A stretch of 64,000 nucleotides of DNA from Terrimicrobiaceae bacterium (GTDB lineage Bacteria; Verrucomicrobiota; Verrucomicrobiia; Chthoniobacterales; Terrimicrobiaceae). Of the stretch, positions 25,861-35,323 are shown one piece after another (positions within the stretch are counted from its first letter, which is position 1; the number at the start of each line of letters is the position of its first letter). Below the pieces are notes generated by a model that was not told where the DNA came from, made no database searches, and saw only the letters and a list, made by a program, of their open reading frames with translations. The stretch spans positions 1 through 64,000 of the forward strand of contig JBGSVZ010000016.1 of assembly GCA_041752695.1 (NCBI GenBank), written 5' to 3'. The translations under genes were made by a program, and so were the position numbers.

Positions 25861-27011
25861 TGCGAGCGTTTGATGTGGTGGTGATCGGCGGCGGGGCGGC
25901 GGGAATGATGGCCGCTCTGACGGCTGGGCGAAGGGGGCGGCGCGTTGCCTTGCTGGAACACAACGAGCGAGTGGGCAAAAAAATTGCCATCTCGGGCGGG
26001 GGTCGCTGCAATTTCACCAATCTTCACGCGGGGCCGGGCAACTATCTTTCGGCCAATCCGGAATTCTGCCGGTCCGCGCTGGCCCGTTACACGCCGGAGG
26101 ATTTTGTCGCCTTGGTGGAGAGCCATGGCATTGGCTATCACGAGAAAAAACTCGGCCAGCAGTTCTGCAATACGAGTTCCCGGGCGATCATTGAAATGCT
26201 GATGGCGGAGTGTCGGGAGGCGGGGGTGGAAACTTTCTGCGGGTGTGTGGTGCGGGACGTGAGAAAAGCGGATGGGTTTGTCCTTGAGACTTCGCAGGGA
26301 GATTTTCGCGGCGCCTCGCTCGTGGTGGCCACGGGAGGGTTGTCGTTTGCGAAACTGGGAGCAACGGAATTTGGCCATCGCATCGCGGCGCAGTTCGGTT
26401 TGCGGGTGACGTCCCTGCGGCCGGGATTGGTGCCGCTGACCTGGGATGGAGCGGATCGCGGGGCGTTTGAAACGCTGAGCGGATTATCGCTGCCGGTTAC
26501 CGCGGCCTGCGGCGGGGCGCAATTTTCGGAGGCGATGCTTTTCACGCATCGCGGCTTGAGCGGGCCGGTCGTTCTGCAGATCTCGTCTTTCTGGAACGGT
26601 CGCGATCTCATCGCGTTTGATCTTTTGCCGTCCGGGGAGGAGGAACCCTCTGGCGGCGGGCTGTTGCTGGCGCAGGTGGCCAAATTCTGGCCGAGGCGTT
26701 TTGCGGAGGTCTGGTGTGAACGTCATGCGCCGAGCCGTCCACTTTCCCAGTGCAGCAAGCTGGAACGCGCGGCGGTGCAGGACGCATTGCGGCGCTGGCC
26801 GCTCCAATTTTCCGGCACGGAAGGCTACCCCAAGGCCGAAGTCACGCTCGGCGGGGTGGACACCAGGGATCTCTCTTCGAAAACGATGGAAGCGCGGGCG
26901 GTGCCGGGATTGTTTTTTATCGGCGAGGTCGTGGACGTGACAGGCTGGCTGGGGGGATATAACTTCCAGTGGGCCTGGGCCAGTGGGAATGCGGCCGGGC
27001 TCGCGGCCTGA
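25857..27011 (+). CDS. HI0933/YhiN-family flavoprotein
   Basis: [55 protein letters not shown]. Confidence 0.93.
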   Translation: MMRAFDVVVIGGGAAGMMAALTAGRRGRRVALLEHNERVGKKIAISGGGRCNFTNLHAGPGNYLSANPEFCRSALARYTPEDFVALVESHGIGYHEKKLGQQFCNTSSRAIIEMLMAECREAGVETFCGCVVRDVRKADGFVLETSQGDFRGASLVVATGGLSFAKLGATEFGHRIAAQFGLRVTSLRPGLVPLTWDGADRGAFETLSGLSLPVTAACGGAQFSEAMLFTHRGLSGPVVLQISSFWNGRDLIAFDLLPSGEEEPSGGGLLLAQVAKFWPRRFAEVWCERHAPSRPLSQCSKLERAAVQDALRRWPLQFSGTEGYPKAEVTLGGVDTRDLSSKTMEARAVPGLFFIGEVVDVTGWLGGYNFQWAWASGNAAGLAA

Positions 27012-27017
27012 AAACTC

Positions 27018-27470
27018 ATGAAACACGCACCTCTTAATGAAGCCATTGAGGCTATCCGCGGGATCTACGCCGACCTCGCCGCGCGGCCCATCGAACGGTC
27101 CTGCACCCTGCGCACGGAATGTTGCCAGTTCAAACGAACGGGGTTGACGCCCCAACTGACCTCCGGTGAAGCCCTGCTGGCCGCGCGAGCGCTGCGTGCC
27201 GCCGGACGAAAACATCTGCCCGAAAGCAAGGATGGTTCTTGTCCGATGCTGCACCCCCAGACCGGCCGTTGCCTCATCTATAAAGATCGCCCTTTTGGGT
27301 GTCGCACCCATTTTTGCGACGCGGCAGGCGGCCCCTACACGCGGCGTGAAGTGCTGGATCTCATCCGAAGACTCGAAGAGGTGGACTATCAACTCGGCCG
27401 CGACGGTCCGCGAGCCCTGCCCGACGCGATGAACCGCGCCCTGCGCACATTGGACGGTGCGCGGGGGTAG
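27018..27470 (+). CDS. YkgJ-family cysteine-cluster protein
   Basis: C...CC, CPML...CLIYKDRPFGCRTHFC. Confidence 0.85.
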   Translation: MKHAPLNEAIEAIRGIYADLAARPIERSCTLRTECCQFKRTGLTPQLTSGEALLAARALRAAGRKHLPESKDGSCPMLHPQTGRCLIYKDRPFGCRTHFCDAAGGPYTRREVLDLIRRLEEVDYQLGRDGPRALPDAMNRALRTLDGARG

Positions 27471-27524
27471 TTTCGGAGATGGGAGATGGGAGAACGTGTG
27501 GCGCGCCGCACGGATTTCCCATAC

Positions 27525-27562
27525 TTGAGCGTTCAGCGTTGAAAGTTCGGCGTTGAGCGTTG
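27525..27562. repeat. Degenerate heptamer tandem repeat, 5 units
   Basis: TTGAGCG TTCAGCG TTGAAAG TTCGGCG TTGAGCG TTG. Confidence 0.75.
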
Positions 27563-27657
27563 CTCCGCTTCGCTCCGGTTGCCTCCCGGCTACACGCACG
27601 ACCTTCCCTATTATACGATAGCGCTGGCGCTCGGGTGTTGCGCGCCGCGCACCGGGC

Positions 27658-27686
27658 TTGCCAGGGACGGGGGGAGCGGCGACAAT
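27658..27686 (+). promoter_or_regulatory. Candidate sigma70 promoter of metF
   Basis: TTGCCA-N17-GACAAT ending 10 nt before the ATG at 27697. Confidence 0.5.
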
Positions 27687-27696
27687 TTACCCCGCC

Positions 27697-28611
27697 ATGC
27701 ATATCCGGGAAATTTTCCAGAATCATCCCACTACGTTTTCCTTCGAGTTCTTTCCGGCCAAGACGCCGGAGGCTGCGGATGCGTTGTTTGAAGTCATCCG
27801 GGACCTCGAGCCTTATCAGCCGCATTTCGTCAGCGTCACCTATGGGGCGGGCGGTTCGACCCGGGAACTGACGCATGAGCTCGTCGAGCGCATTGGCAAG
27901 ACCACTTCACTCGACCCTATTCCGCACCTCACCTGTGTGTGCCACAAGGAGGCGGAGATTGCAGCGATTCTCGAGCGATACGCCCGGGCCGGGGTGACCA
28001 ATATCCTGGCCTTGGGAGGCGATGCGCCGCGCGGTGCGGCCTACAACAAGGCGGACGACGATTTTCAACACGCCGCCGATCTGGTTTCCTTCATTCAGAA
28101 ATTCAACGCCTCTGGGGCTCATCCTGTGCCCGGCGGATTTGGGGTTGGCGTTGCGGGATTTCCCGAGGGGCATCCGGCCACGCCGAATCGTTTGGTGGAA
28201 ATGGATTATCTCAAGAGCAAGGTCGATGCGGGTGCCGACTATATCGTCACGCAATTGTTCTTCGATAATCGCGATTTCCTCGACTTTCGCGACCGTTGTG
28301 ATCTGGCGGGGATCCGGGTGCCGATCATCGCCGGCATCATGCCCGTAACATCGATGACCGGGATGAAACGCATGGCGGAACTGGCGGCGGGAGCCCGTTT
28401 TCCGGCCAAGCTCCTTCGCGCTTTGCAACGTTGTGGGGATGATGCCGCGGCGGTCAACCGCGTGGGTGTCCACTACGCGTCCGAGCAATGCCACGACCTG
28501 CTGGAAAACAAGGTGCGGGGAATTCATTTCTACACCCTGAATAAATCCGACGCCACCAAGCGGATCTTCGAGAGCCTGGGGCTGAAGGATTCCCGTCTGG
28601 CGGCGGCTTAA
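27697..28611 (+). CDS. metF: 5,10-methylenetetrahydrofolate reductase
   Basis: SFEFFP, FVSVTYGAGGS, PHLTC, GFPEGHP, TQLFFD, HFYTLN. Confidence 0.96.
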   Translation: MHIREIFQNHPTTFSFEFFPAKTPEAADALFEVIRDLEPYQPHFVSVTYGAGGSTRELTHELVERIGKTTSLDPIPHLTCVCHKEAEIAAILERYARAGVTNILALGGDAPRGAAYNKADDDFQHAADLVSFIQKFNASGAHPVPGGFGVGVAGFPEGHPATPNRLVEMDYLKSKVDAGADYIVTQLFFDNRDFLDFRDRCDLAGIRVPIIAGIMPVTSMTGMKRMAELAAGARFPAKLLRALQRCGDDAAAVNRVGVHYASEQCHDLLENKVRGIHFYTLNKSDATKRIFESLGLKDSRLAAA

Positions 28612-28649
28612 ACCGCGAGCTTTTCATTTTCGGTCCGGCGGGGTAGGGA

Positions 28650-29654
28650 TTGAAGAAACTTATGTTCCTGCCGATTCCCCATTTGATTGTTCAACCCGAC
28701 GATGGTGTCGGTCCCGTGCGTGATTTTATCTCCACGGCGAAGAAAACGCTGCTGATCAAGCAGTTCACCTTTTCCGAAACGAGCCTGCTCCAGGCGGTGG
28801 TGGACCGCAAAAATGCGGGCGTCGAGGTGCGGATCATGCTCAACCCGAAACGCTCGGGCGGAGATCGGGCTAATGATGAGACGTACGATTTTTTCAAGAA
28901 AAACGGGGTCAATATCCAGTGGGCGAACCCCAAGTTTTACGTCACGCACGAAAAGTCGATTGTGGTGGATGGCGAGGCGGCGCTGATTGCGACCTTCAAT
29001 CTCTGCACGAAGTATTTTACCCAGACCCGCGATTACGGGATTGTGACGCAGGATCCGGTGCGGGTCGCTCAAGTGGCGGAGGGTTTTGAGGCGGATTGGG
29101 AGCATCGGGACTGGATGCCGAGTCCGGACTCCGGGCTGCTCTGGAGTAATGCGAATTCCCGCGCGCACATGGCGGCTTTCATTGACGCCGCGAAAAAACG
29201 CCTCGACGTCCAGCATCCGAAGTTTGTTGATGCGGTGATCACGGACCGCCTGCTGGAAGCAGCGGAGCGCGGGGTTCATGTTAGAGTCCTCTGCGGTGGC
29301 AAACACGGCATCAGCGACTGGGATATCCTGGACACCTTTTCTTCCCTGCGGATTCTCAAACGTTTCGGCGTGAAAGTGCACAAGCAGAAAAACCTCCGCC
29401 TGCATGCCAAACTTCTGATCTCCGATGAAGAACATGCGCTGGTGGGTTCGATGAATATCGACCGCAGCGCCTTTGATCTGCGGCGCGAACTCGGTACGAC
29501 CATTCGCGACGAGGCCGTGGTCAGGCGGCTGATCAACGTCTTCGAGGGCGACTGGGGTTCGTCGCACAGTTACGATCCGCCGGACCCGCTCAACCCCGAC
29601 AAACACAAGGAAGACGCCGATTTCCCGCACGACAAAGATCTGCGGCATGAGTGA
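28650..29654 (+). CDS. Phospholipase D-like protein (two HKD motifs)
   Basis: HEKSIVVD and HAKLLISD...GSMN. No obvious membrane anchor. Confidence 0.88.
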   Translation: MKKLMFLPIPHLIVQPDDGVGPVRDFISTAKKTLLIKQFTFSETSLLQAVVDRKNAGVEVRIMLNPKRSGGDRANDETYDFFKKNGVNIQWANPKFYVTHEKSIVVDGEAALIATFNLCTKYFTQTRDYGIVTQDPVRVAQVAEGFEADWEHRDWMPSPDSGLLWSNANSRAHMAAFIDAAKKRLDVQHPKFVDAVITDRLLEAAERGVHVRVLCGGKHGISDWDILDTFSSLRILKRFGVKVHKQKNLRLHAKLLISDEEHALVGSMNIDRSAFDLRRELGTTIRDEAVVRRLINVFEGDWGSSHSYDPPDPLNPDKHKEDADFPHDKDLRHE

Positions 29655-30234
29655 TCCTGCGGAGGGCCGAGGGTCGAGTGAAAGTGAAAGGGGGAGGGTG
29701 TCTCTCTTCGAATTGGCGCGCACATTCAATCACATTGCTCTGGCTTCGTTTGGTGGAGGGTTGTCTGCCTGGTCGCGGGAGGTGGTGGTGGTGGAGAAAA
29801 AGTGGATGACGGATGAGGAGTTCCTCAGCGCCATCACGATGTGCCGGATATTGCCCGGGGCCAATCAAGTGAACCTGGCGGTTTTTGTGGGGAACAAAAT
29901 GGGCGGCGTGCCCGGCGCGGCGGCGGCCATTTTCGGTCTCACTCTGGTGCCAGTCCTGATCGTGTTGGCGATGGGCTATGGGTATTTCACCTTCCACCAC
30001 GTTCCGGCTCTGCAGAATATTCTGCGCGGCGCGGCGGCTGCCGCGGTGGCCCTCACGCTGGCCATGGCGATCAAGACAGGGAAAAAATGCCTCGGCGGAC
30101 TGGTTCCCGTGGTGCTTTTCGCGGCGATGTTTTTGATGAACGGCGTCTGGCGCATGCACCTTCTGCCCTGCCTGGCGATTTTGGCCCCATTGAGCCTGCT
30201 GTGGGGTTGGCCGAAGAGCGAGAAGAAGTCATGA
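29647..30234 (+). CDS. Short-chain chromate transporter (CHR family), first half
   Basis: SFGGG...VVEKKWMTDEEF...LPGANQVN. Confidence 0.9.
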   Translation: MSDPAEGRGSSESERGRVSLFELARTFNHIALASFGGGLSAWSREVVVVEKKWMTDEEFLSAITMCRILPGANQVNLAVFVGNKMGGVPGAAAAIFGLTLVPVLIVLAMGYGYFTFHHVPALQNILRGAAAAAVALTLAMAIKTGKKCLGGLVPVVLFAAMFLMNGVWRMHLLPCLAILAPLSLLWGWPKSEKKS

Positions 30235-30794
30235 ACCTCCGGACGTTTCTCCAACTCCTGACGCTTTTTACGTCCCTGTCCCTGATGTCCATCGGTGGGG
30301 GAAATACCGTGTTGCCGGAAATGCACTTAAAGGCCGTCCGTGATTACCACTGGATGACCGACAACCAGTTTGCCGACATTTTTGCCATTTCCCAGGCGGC
30401 TCCTGGACCGAGCATCTTGATTGTTACGCTGGTCGGCTACAAAGCCGGGCTCGGTGCCATGCCGGCGGGATGGGAGCAAGTCGGCGGGGTGGCCGGCGCT
30501 GCGCTCGCCACCATCGCGATGATGGTGCCGGCGGGGATTCTGGTATTTCTGGTGGCGAGAGTTTGGGAGAGCGCGAAAGATTCGGCGATCCGCAAGGCCA
30601 TTGAGAAGGGATTTGCGCCCCTCACGGTCGGACTGGTGCTGGCCAGCGGTTATGTGATGAGCCAGACGGCGGATCACGACTGGCGCGCCTACGTGCTCAC
30701 GGCCGTCTGCACCGCCATTTTTGTCGGCACCAAAATCAATCCACTGATTGTGGTGGGGGCGGCGGGAGTTCTCGGTTACCTGGGTTTGGTTTGA
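30231..30794 (+). CDS. Short-chain chromate transporter (CHR family), second half
   Basis: SIGGG...WMTDNQFADIFAISQAAPGP. ATGA coupling at 30231. Confidence 0.9.
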   Translation: MNLRTFLQLLTLFTSLSLMSIGGGNTVLPEMHLKAVRDYHWMTDNQFADIFAISQAAPGPSILIVTLVGYKAGLGAMPAGWEQVGGVAGAALATIAMMVPAGILVFLVARVWESAKDSAIRKAIEKGFAPLTVGLVLASGYVMSQTADHDWRAYVLTAVCTAIFVGTKINPLIVVGAAGVLGYLGLV

Positions 30795-32427
30795 GATAGC
30801 TGCGGAGGTCGTAGAGTGTGCCTGCTCCGCGGGGGACAAGGTCGGGCCGGTCGGTTTGGCGGACGGCCCCCCACTGCACGTTGAGCTTCTGCGCGGCTTC
30901 CTCCCATCCCACGATGCCGCGAAGAACATCCTTGGTCAGGGCCATCTTGTCCTGGTAGGCGAGACCGTGGCTCCACAGGTGGCCATCGTACCCGCAGGCG
31001 ACCTTGCGTCCGAGCAGAATGAGCGGGTGGTTATAATCGGGCATGGCCACAAAACGGTCGGTGGCGGGGATGGGTTTTACGATGGCCTGCCATTTGGCAA
31101 GTTCGGACCGGCTGGCCAGGAAATATCCGTGCCGCGCGTCGAGGCCGCCAATGAGGGAGACGGCACCGGAAAAAAACAGGACAAAACAAAGCGCCGCCTG
31201 AGCGGGCAATTGGAGGGGCCGAAGGACGAGCGACCACAGATAGGGCGCCAGTACCAGCCAGCACCACATCATGAGTTTCATGTTGTCCCATTCCCAGCGA
31301 CTGAATGCGACGACACAACAGATGAGAAAAAGGACGGTAGCCCCTCCCACAAAACACCGGGCTTCCTCATCCTTTCCGCGCACGGCCAGAAACGTCGTGA
31401 TCACGCCAAGGGGCAGGGTTAGTCCGAAATCCTTGAAAAAATCCGGCCAGCCTTTGCCGTTGAGGATCCACCCCCACGCCAAATGCAGACCCCCCGAGGA
31501 GAAAAACATCCCCGTGATCAAAAGGACGCAGAGGGTGGCCGGGACGAAGGCCGCACCCACCAGGATCCCCAAGGTTTTCCGGCTGCTGCCCCTGAGGAGA
31601 AATATCGCCGCCAGCATAAGGCTGAGGAAAATGAACGAATGCAAACTGAACAGCGGCATGGCGGCGTAGAGCAAAAGCTGCAGCCAACGCGGAACGATGG
31701 AAGGTTTGCCGCGGAAAAATTCGTCCCGCCATGAGGTGAGCAAAAGCAGACCGGCCGGGAGCGCGAAAAGCAGCCCGCGCTGCGTGACAAACATCGAGAG
31801 GAAGAGGTTTTTCCAGACGAGTTCCTTTTGAAAGTCCTCGAATTGCCCGGTCTGAAAAATGACAAATCCGACGAGCCCGCCGTTGAAAAGAAAGGCGGCC
31901 ACCCCGAAAGCTCCGCCCCACCGCCAGAGTGCAAACCCGGTGAGGGCCGCGCCGCCAAGTCCAACCCAGATGAGTCCGCGATAGGTCCCCACGCCGCACA
32001 ATTCGAGCAGACTGTTGAACAAATCCGCGCCGAGCGGATAGGTGAGCGGCGCGCCCGTGAGGATGGGGCTTTCCGGCCAGAACGGGATGCCGCTGGCGAG
32101 ATAGCGGATGAAATTCAGATGCAGCGACATGTCGCCGAGGTTGTTGGGCGAAAGCACGAAAACCTCGTTGCCCCGTTCCCCGACCAGCCAGAGGAACGCC
32201 CGCAGGGAAACCAGCGTGAATATTCCCAGCAAGGCCCAATCCCAGGGACCGGCAGCCGACTGGGTGTCAGGGCGGCTCCCCCGCCACGCCAGGAAGGCGG
32301 TCCCGGTCCCGGCGGCGAGCGCGAGGAGGGCGGCGAGGGTATTTAATCCTCCCATGGCAAAGCCCAGGAAAATCGCCGCCACGACCGTCGCAAAGACAAA
32401 GGCAATTCCCGCGGCTAACTCCCTCAT
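30736..32427 (-). CDS. Polytopic membrane protein, GT-C-fold glycosyltransferase-like
   Basis: Many TM segments. First loop GDMSLHLNFI...PFWPESP...LTYP, later WEWDNMK and a soluble C-terminal GRKVACGY...LWSHG. Confidence 0.6.
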   Translation of the reverse strand: MRELAAGIAFVFATVVAAIFLGFAMGGLNTLAALLALAAGTGTAFLAWRGSRPDTQSAAGPWDWALLGIFTLVSLRAFLWLVGERGNEVFVLSPNNLGDMSLHLNFIRYLASGIPFWPESPILTGAPLTYPLGADLFNSLLELCGVGTYRGLIWVGLGGAALTGFALWRWGGAFGVAAFLFNGGLVGFVIFQTGQFEDFQKELVWKNLFLSMFVTQRGLLFALPAGLLLLTSWRDEFFRGKPSIVPRWLQLLLYAAMPLFSLHSFIFLSLMLAAIFLLRGSSRKTLGILVGAAFVPATLCVLLITGMFFSSGGLHLAWGWILNGKGWPDFFKDFGLTLPLGVITTFLAVRGKDEEARCFVGGATVLFLICCVVAFSRWEWDNMKLMMWCWLVLAPYLWSLVLRPLQLPAQAALCFVLFFSGAVSLIGGLDARHGYFLASRSELAKWQAIVKPIPATDRFVAMPDYNHPLILLGRKVACGYDGHLWSHGLAYQDKMALTKDVLRGIVGWEEAAQKLNVQWGAVRQTDRPDLVPRGAGTLYDLRSYLKPNPGNRELPPPPPQSVD

Positions 32428-34004
32428 GGCGGGTCCGCTCCTTCAGCCTCAGTGGGGAGATCGGCGGCTTCATAAATGACGGGTGTCTCCCCGGGAAACC
32501 ACGTTCCATAGGGTTCGGCGCGGAAATAGACCACACAATCACCCTGCGCGTCGCGCAGACGGAAATCATGTTTGAAGTAGGGTCCGGAAAGTTGCCGTTC
32601 GACCTTGGTCTCGTCCTTTTTTTCCGCGACGACAAAGTCATTCGTAATCGGGCCGGCCGGAATTTCGGTCGGTTTGTAATACCCCAGTTGCGTGAAATCT
32701 CCCAGCACCCAGGGCAGGGGATAATAGCTGTCGAGCAGAAGAATCCCGCGAACGTGGTAGTTCCGAGAATCGCGTTGGGCCATGCCCAGAAGGGGGTCGG
32801 TCAGAACTTTCGAATCGCGGAACGTCTGTACATACACGTAGGGCTCCTTCGGGTTGTCAAAGTCGATGAGGTTGAGGCGCAGGCAGGGAAAGAGGCTGAG
32901 CAAAATGGCCGCAGCGGCGAAGCCTGGCACGGGATGGAAGTTTTTGCTCCTGGGGAGGAGCTTCGCGGTTTCGTCCACCACCGCGCCCATCAGAAGGAAA
33001 AATGGCCAGATAATTGACAGGATGCACCAGGGCGTTTTGTAGGGAATGATCGAATAGGCGAGCAGCGCCCCGCCGGCGTAGATCGCGACGTACCGCAGCC
33101 GTGCGTCGGAGGGTGCGATAAACCGGAAGCAGGCCACGAGACCCACCAGAGCGGGCCATTCATAAAGCCAGAAGAGGTGGATCCAATAATAATTGAGAGG
33201 CGAACCTTCCCAGAGAGCGTAGATGGTTTTTTCGTGGCCGGCAGCCTCGACGCCGGTGTGAAACCATGCTCCGAACGTCTGATAGAGCCCCTTCAAAATG
33301 CTGAAATCGAGAAAGTTTCCCGAGTAAAAAAATACGATGGCCAGCACACCGAGACCCGAGGCCCAGGCCACGTCCCGGGGCGTCCAGTTCGCCCGGGCGA
33401 CGGGCAGGACCGGACGCGAGGGCAGCACCATCTGCCACAGCCACAGCACCAACCCGGCCAGCGCGAAGCTGCCGATGTGGAGCACGTAGGTTTCTTTCGT
33501 GAGAATCATCCCCACCGCCGCAAAAACCGTCGCGAAAAAGAACCGCCGCTCGCCTTTCTGCCACATCCCAAGCACGCCCCAGAGAAACGTGATCTGGAAA
33601 TACATCAGCCACGATTCATGGATCGAATACCGACCATAAAACACACACGCCGGCGAAACCGCCATGGCCAGCGCCGCGAGACGCGCCGTGGTCGGACCGA
33701 AAAATTCCCGGTAGCGCAGCAACGCCCACACCGCCAGAAGTCCGGCAATGATGGCCGGCAGTCGCAGCGCCCAAAGGTTTCGCCCGAACAGAGTCTGAGA
33801 GACGAAGACCGCGTAAAAATGCAGGGGTCCGTGGTAGTTCGTGGGATCGTAGCGGAAAAATCCCTGCCGCGTCATCTGGTCGGCAAACCAACCGTTGACC
33901 CCCTCGTCGAAATGCGCCGGCTTGATGTCGAGCAGCAAAACACGGAGAACCACGGCCAGCAGCAGGATGCCGATCTCAATCCAGGGAAGTTTCCGCGCGT
34001 TCAC
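32424..34004 (-). CDS. TIGR03663/Agl23-like GT-C membrane protein (PMT_2/GT39-like)
   Basis: PAHFDEGVN, YDPTNYHGP, TKE, YKTPW, YVYVQT and YYPLPW motifs with multiple TM helices. Confidence 0.75.
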   Translation of the reverse strand: MNARKLPWIEIGILLLAVVLRVLLLDIKPAHFDEGVNGWFADQMTRQGFFRYDPTNYHGPLHFYAVFVSQTLFGRNLWALRLPAIIAGLLAVWALLRYREFFGPTTARLAALAMAVSPACVFYGRYSIHESWLMYFQITFLWGVLGMWQKGERRFFFATVFAAVGMILTKETYVLHIGSFALAGLVLWLWQMVLPSRPVLPVARANWTPRDVAWASGLGVLAIVFFYSGNFLDFSILKGLYQTFGAWFHTGVEAAGHEKTIYALWEGSPLNYYWIHLFWLYEWPALVGLVACFRFIAPSDARLRYVAIYAGGALLAYSIIPYKTPWCILSIIWPFFLLMGAVVDETAKLLPRSKNFHPVPGFAAAAILLSLFPCLRLNLIDFDNPKEPYVYVQTFRDSKVLTDPLLGMAQRDSRNYHVRGILLLDSYYPLPWVLGDFTQLGYYKPTEIPAGPITNDFVVAEKKDETKVERQLSGPYFKHDFRLRDAQGDCVVYFRAEPYGTWFPGETPVIYEAADLPTEAEGADPP

Positions 34005-34067
34005 CGGAATGGGATAGAGGGCCGGTCGGTCGAGTGCAAGCCGGGGAAAGCGGGGAGAGGTTCACCG

Positions 34068-34100
34068 TTTTTTCGAAAAACGGACGTTTTTCGTTGCAGG
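34068..34100. repeat. Left copy of 33-bp imperfect direct repeat flanking the MNT-HEPN module
   Basis: TTTTTTCGAAAAACGGACGTTTTTCGTTGCAGG; 28/33 identical to 35250-35282. Confidence 0.75.
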
Positions 34101-34169
34101 TATGCAAGCCTGACCTCGAAGCAGAGTCCCGGGACGAGACGCAGGGGGGGCAAGAAATGTATGGCGAGG

Positions 34170-34185
34170 GCATACAATCGTATGC
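34170..34185 (+). promoter_or_regulatory. Palindromic operator candidate overlapping a -10-like hexamer upstream of the MNT gene
   Basis: GCATAC-AATC-GTATGC containing TACAAT, 12 nt before the ATG at 34198. Confidence 0.55.
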
Positions 34186-34197
34186 TACAGACAAACA

Positions 34198-34788
34198 ATG
34201 TCTGTCAGTGCCATCGAAGTCCTTTTTCCAAAAGTTCGGGCGGAGTTGCTGCGCGTGCTTTTTGACGAAAAGTCCGGAGAGTTTCATCTGCGCGAGCTGG
34301 CGCGTCTGTGCCACCTTGCCGTCGGCACAGTGCAGAAGGAAGTGGGCAAGCTTTGCGGGGTGGAATTGCTGGTTGCCCGGCGGGATGGCAATCGCCTTTA
34401 TTACCGGGCCAATGTGGAACATCCCCTCTTTCCCGAGTTGCGTGGGATCGTTCGAAAAACCACCGGCTTGCGCAGCCAGTTGGAAGCGGCCCTGGCCGAC
34501 TTCTCCGGCATCGAAATGGCCTTTGTCTTCGGCTCCCAGGCTGCGGGAACCGCCGGGGCTCGGAGTGATGTGGACGTGTTGGTTGTTGGCAACATCGGGC
34601 TCCGCGCCCTGGCCCCGAGGTTGCGTCCGGTCGGCGTGGCTCTCGACCGCGAGATCAATCCGCATGTCCTGGCGGCGGAAACCTTTGCGGCCAAGGCCCG
34701 CCGGGGCGATGCCTTCGTAAAAAACGTCTTGGCCGCGCCGAAGCTATGGATCATAGGGAGCGACGATGAGCTTGAAAAACTGGTCTGA
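34198..34788 (+). CDS. wHTH-fused minimal nucleotidyltransferase (MntA-like antitoxin)
   Basis: N-terminal winged HTH (FHLRELARLCHLAVGTVQKEVGKL...GNRLYYRAN) and FVFGS-x9-SDVDVLVVG. Confidence 0.85.
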   Translation: MSVSAIEVLFPKVRAELLRVLFDEKSGEFHLRELARLCHLAVGTVQKEVGKLCGVELLVARRDGNRLYYRANVEHPLFPELRGIVRKTTGLRSQLEAALADFSGIEMAFVFGSQAAGTAGARSDVDVLVVGNIGLRALAPRLRPVGVALDREINPHVLAAETFAAKARRGDAFVKNVLAAPKLWIIGSDDELEKLV

Positions 34789-35206
34789 AAACGGGTGGCT
34801 CCGGCCCCATCAGACCAGCCGCTCCCAGATTGCCGACCTTTTTGCCATCGTCGACCGCGATCTGGAGGACGTTCGTTCCGAGCGTCTCTCCACGGACTGG
34901 CAGTTCGGGATCGCTTACAACGCCGCTCTGAAACTTTGCACCATTCTTCTCTATGCCGAGGGATTCCGGCCGGAAAAGAATCTTGCTCATTTCCGCACCC
35001 TTCAAGCCTTGCCGCTGATCCTGGGGCCCGGCTACGAAGATGAAGCCGACTATCTCGATGCCTGCCGCAGCAAACGCAACACGGCGGAGTACGACGTTGC
35101 CGGTCAGATCGGTCCCGAGGAGGCCCGGGAGCTCTTTGAGTTTTGTCTCGAATTGCGTTCCGCCGTGACGGTCTGGGTGAAGGAAAATCATCCGCAGCTG
35201 ATCTGA
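34766..35206 (+). CDS. HEPN-domain protein (putative toxin)
   Basis: Helical protein with AYNAAL...GFRP...H and RSKRNTAEYD. Overlaps the MNT gene by 23 nt. Confidence 0.75.
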   Translation: MSLKNWSENGWLRPHQTSRSQIADLFAIVDRDLEDVRSERLSTDWQFGIAYNAALKLCTILLYAEGFRPEKNLAHFRTLQALPLILGPGYEDEADYLDACRSKRNTAEYDVAGQIGPEEARELFEFCLELRSAVTVWVKENHPQLI

Positions 35207-35249
35207 ACATGGCTCTGGGCCCGGTAGGGAATTTTCGTAACGGGGGGTA

Positions 35250-35282
35250 TTTTTTCGAAAATCCGACGTTTTCCGCTACAGG
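35250..35282. repeat. Right copy of the 33-bp imperfect direct repeat
   Basis: TTTTTTCGAAAATCCGACGTTTTCCGCTACAGG. Confidence 0.75.
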
Positions 35283-35323
35283 CAGACGCGATTTTCGGCT
35301 TAACCTCGCGCGGTTTCGAACCC

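Noticed and set aside
27525..27562. CRISPR array (here or at 36828-37003 and 60952-61076)
   Set aside because: Units are 7-10 nt and contiguous, with no unique spacers and no cas genes.
27471..27696. SAM/SAH riboswitch upstream of metF
   Set aside because: No recognisable aptamer consensus, and a promoter candidate directly before the ATG leaves no room for a leader.
34060..35320. Integron attC or Xer dif sites around the TA module
   Set aside because: No RYYYAAC…GTTRRRY pair with a long imperfect palindrome, no XerD-arm TTATGTTAAAT-like sequence, and no integrase in the window.
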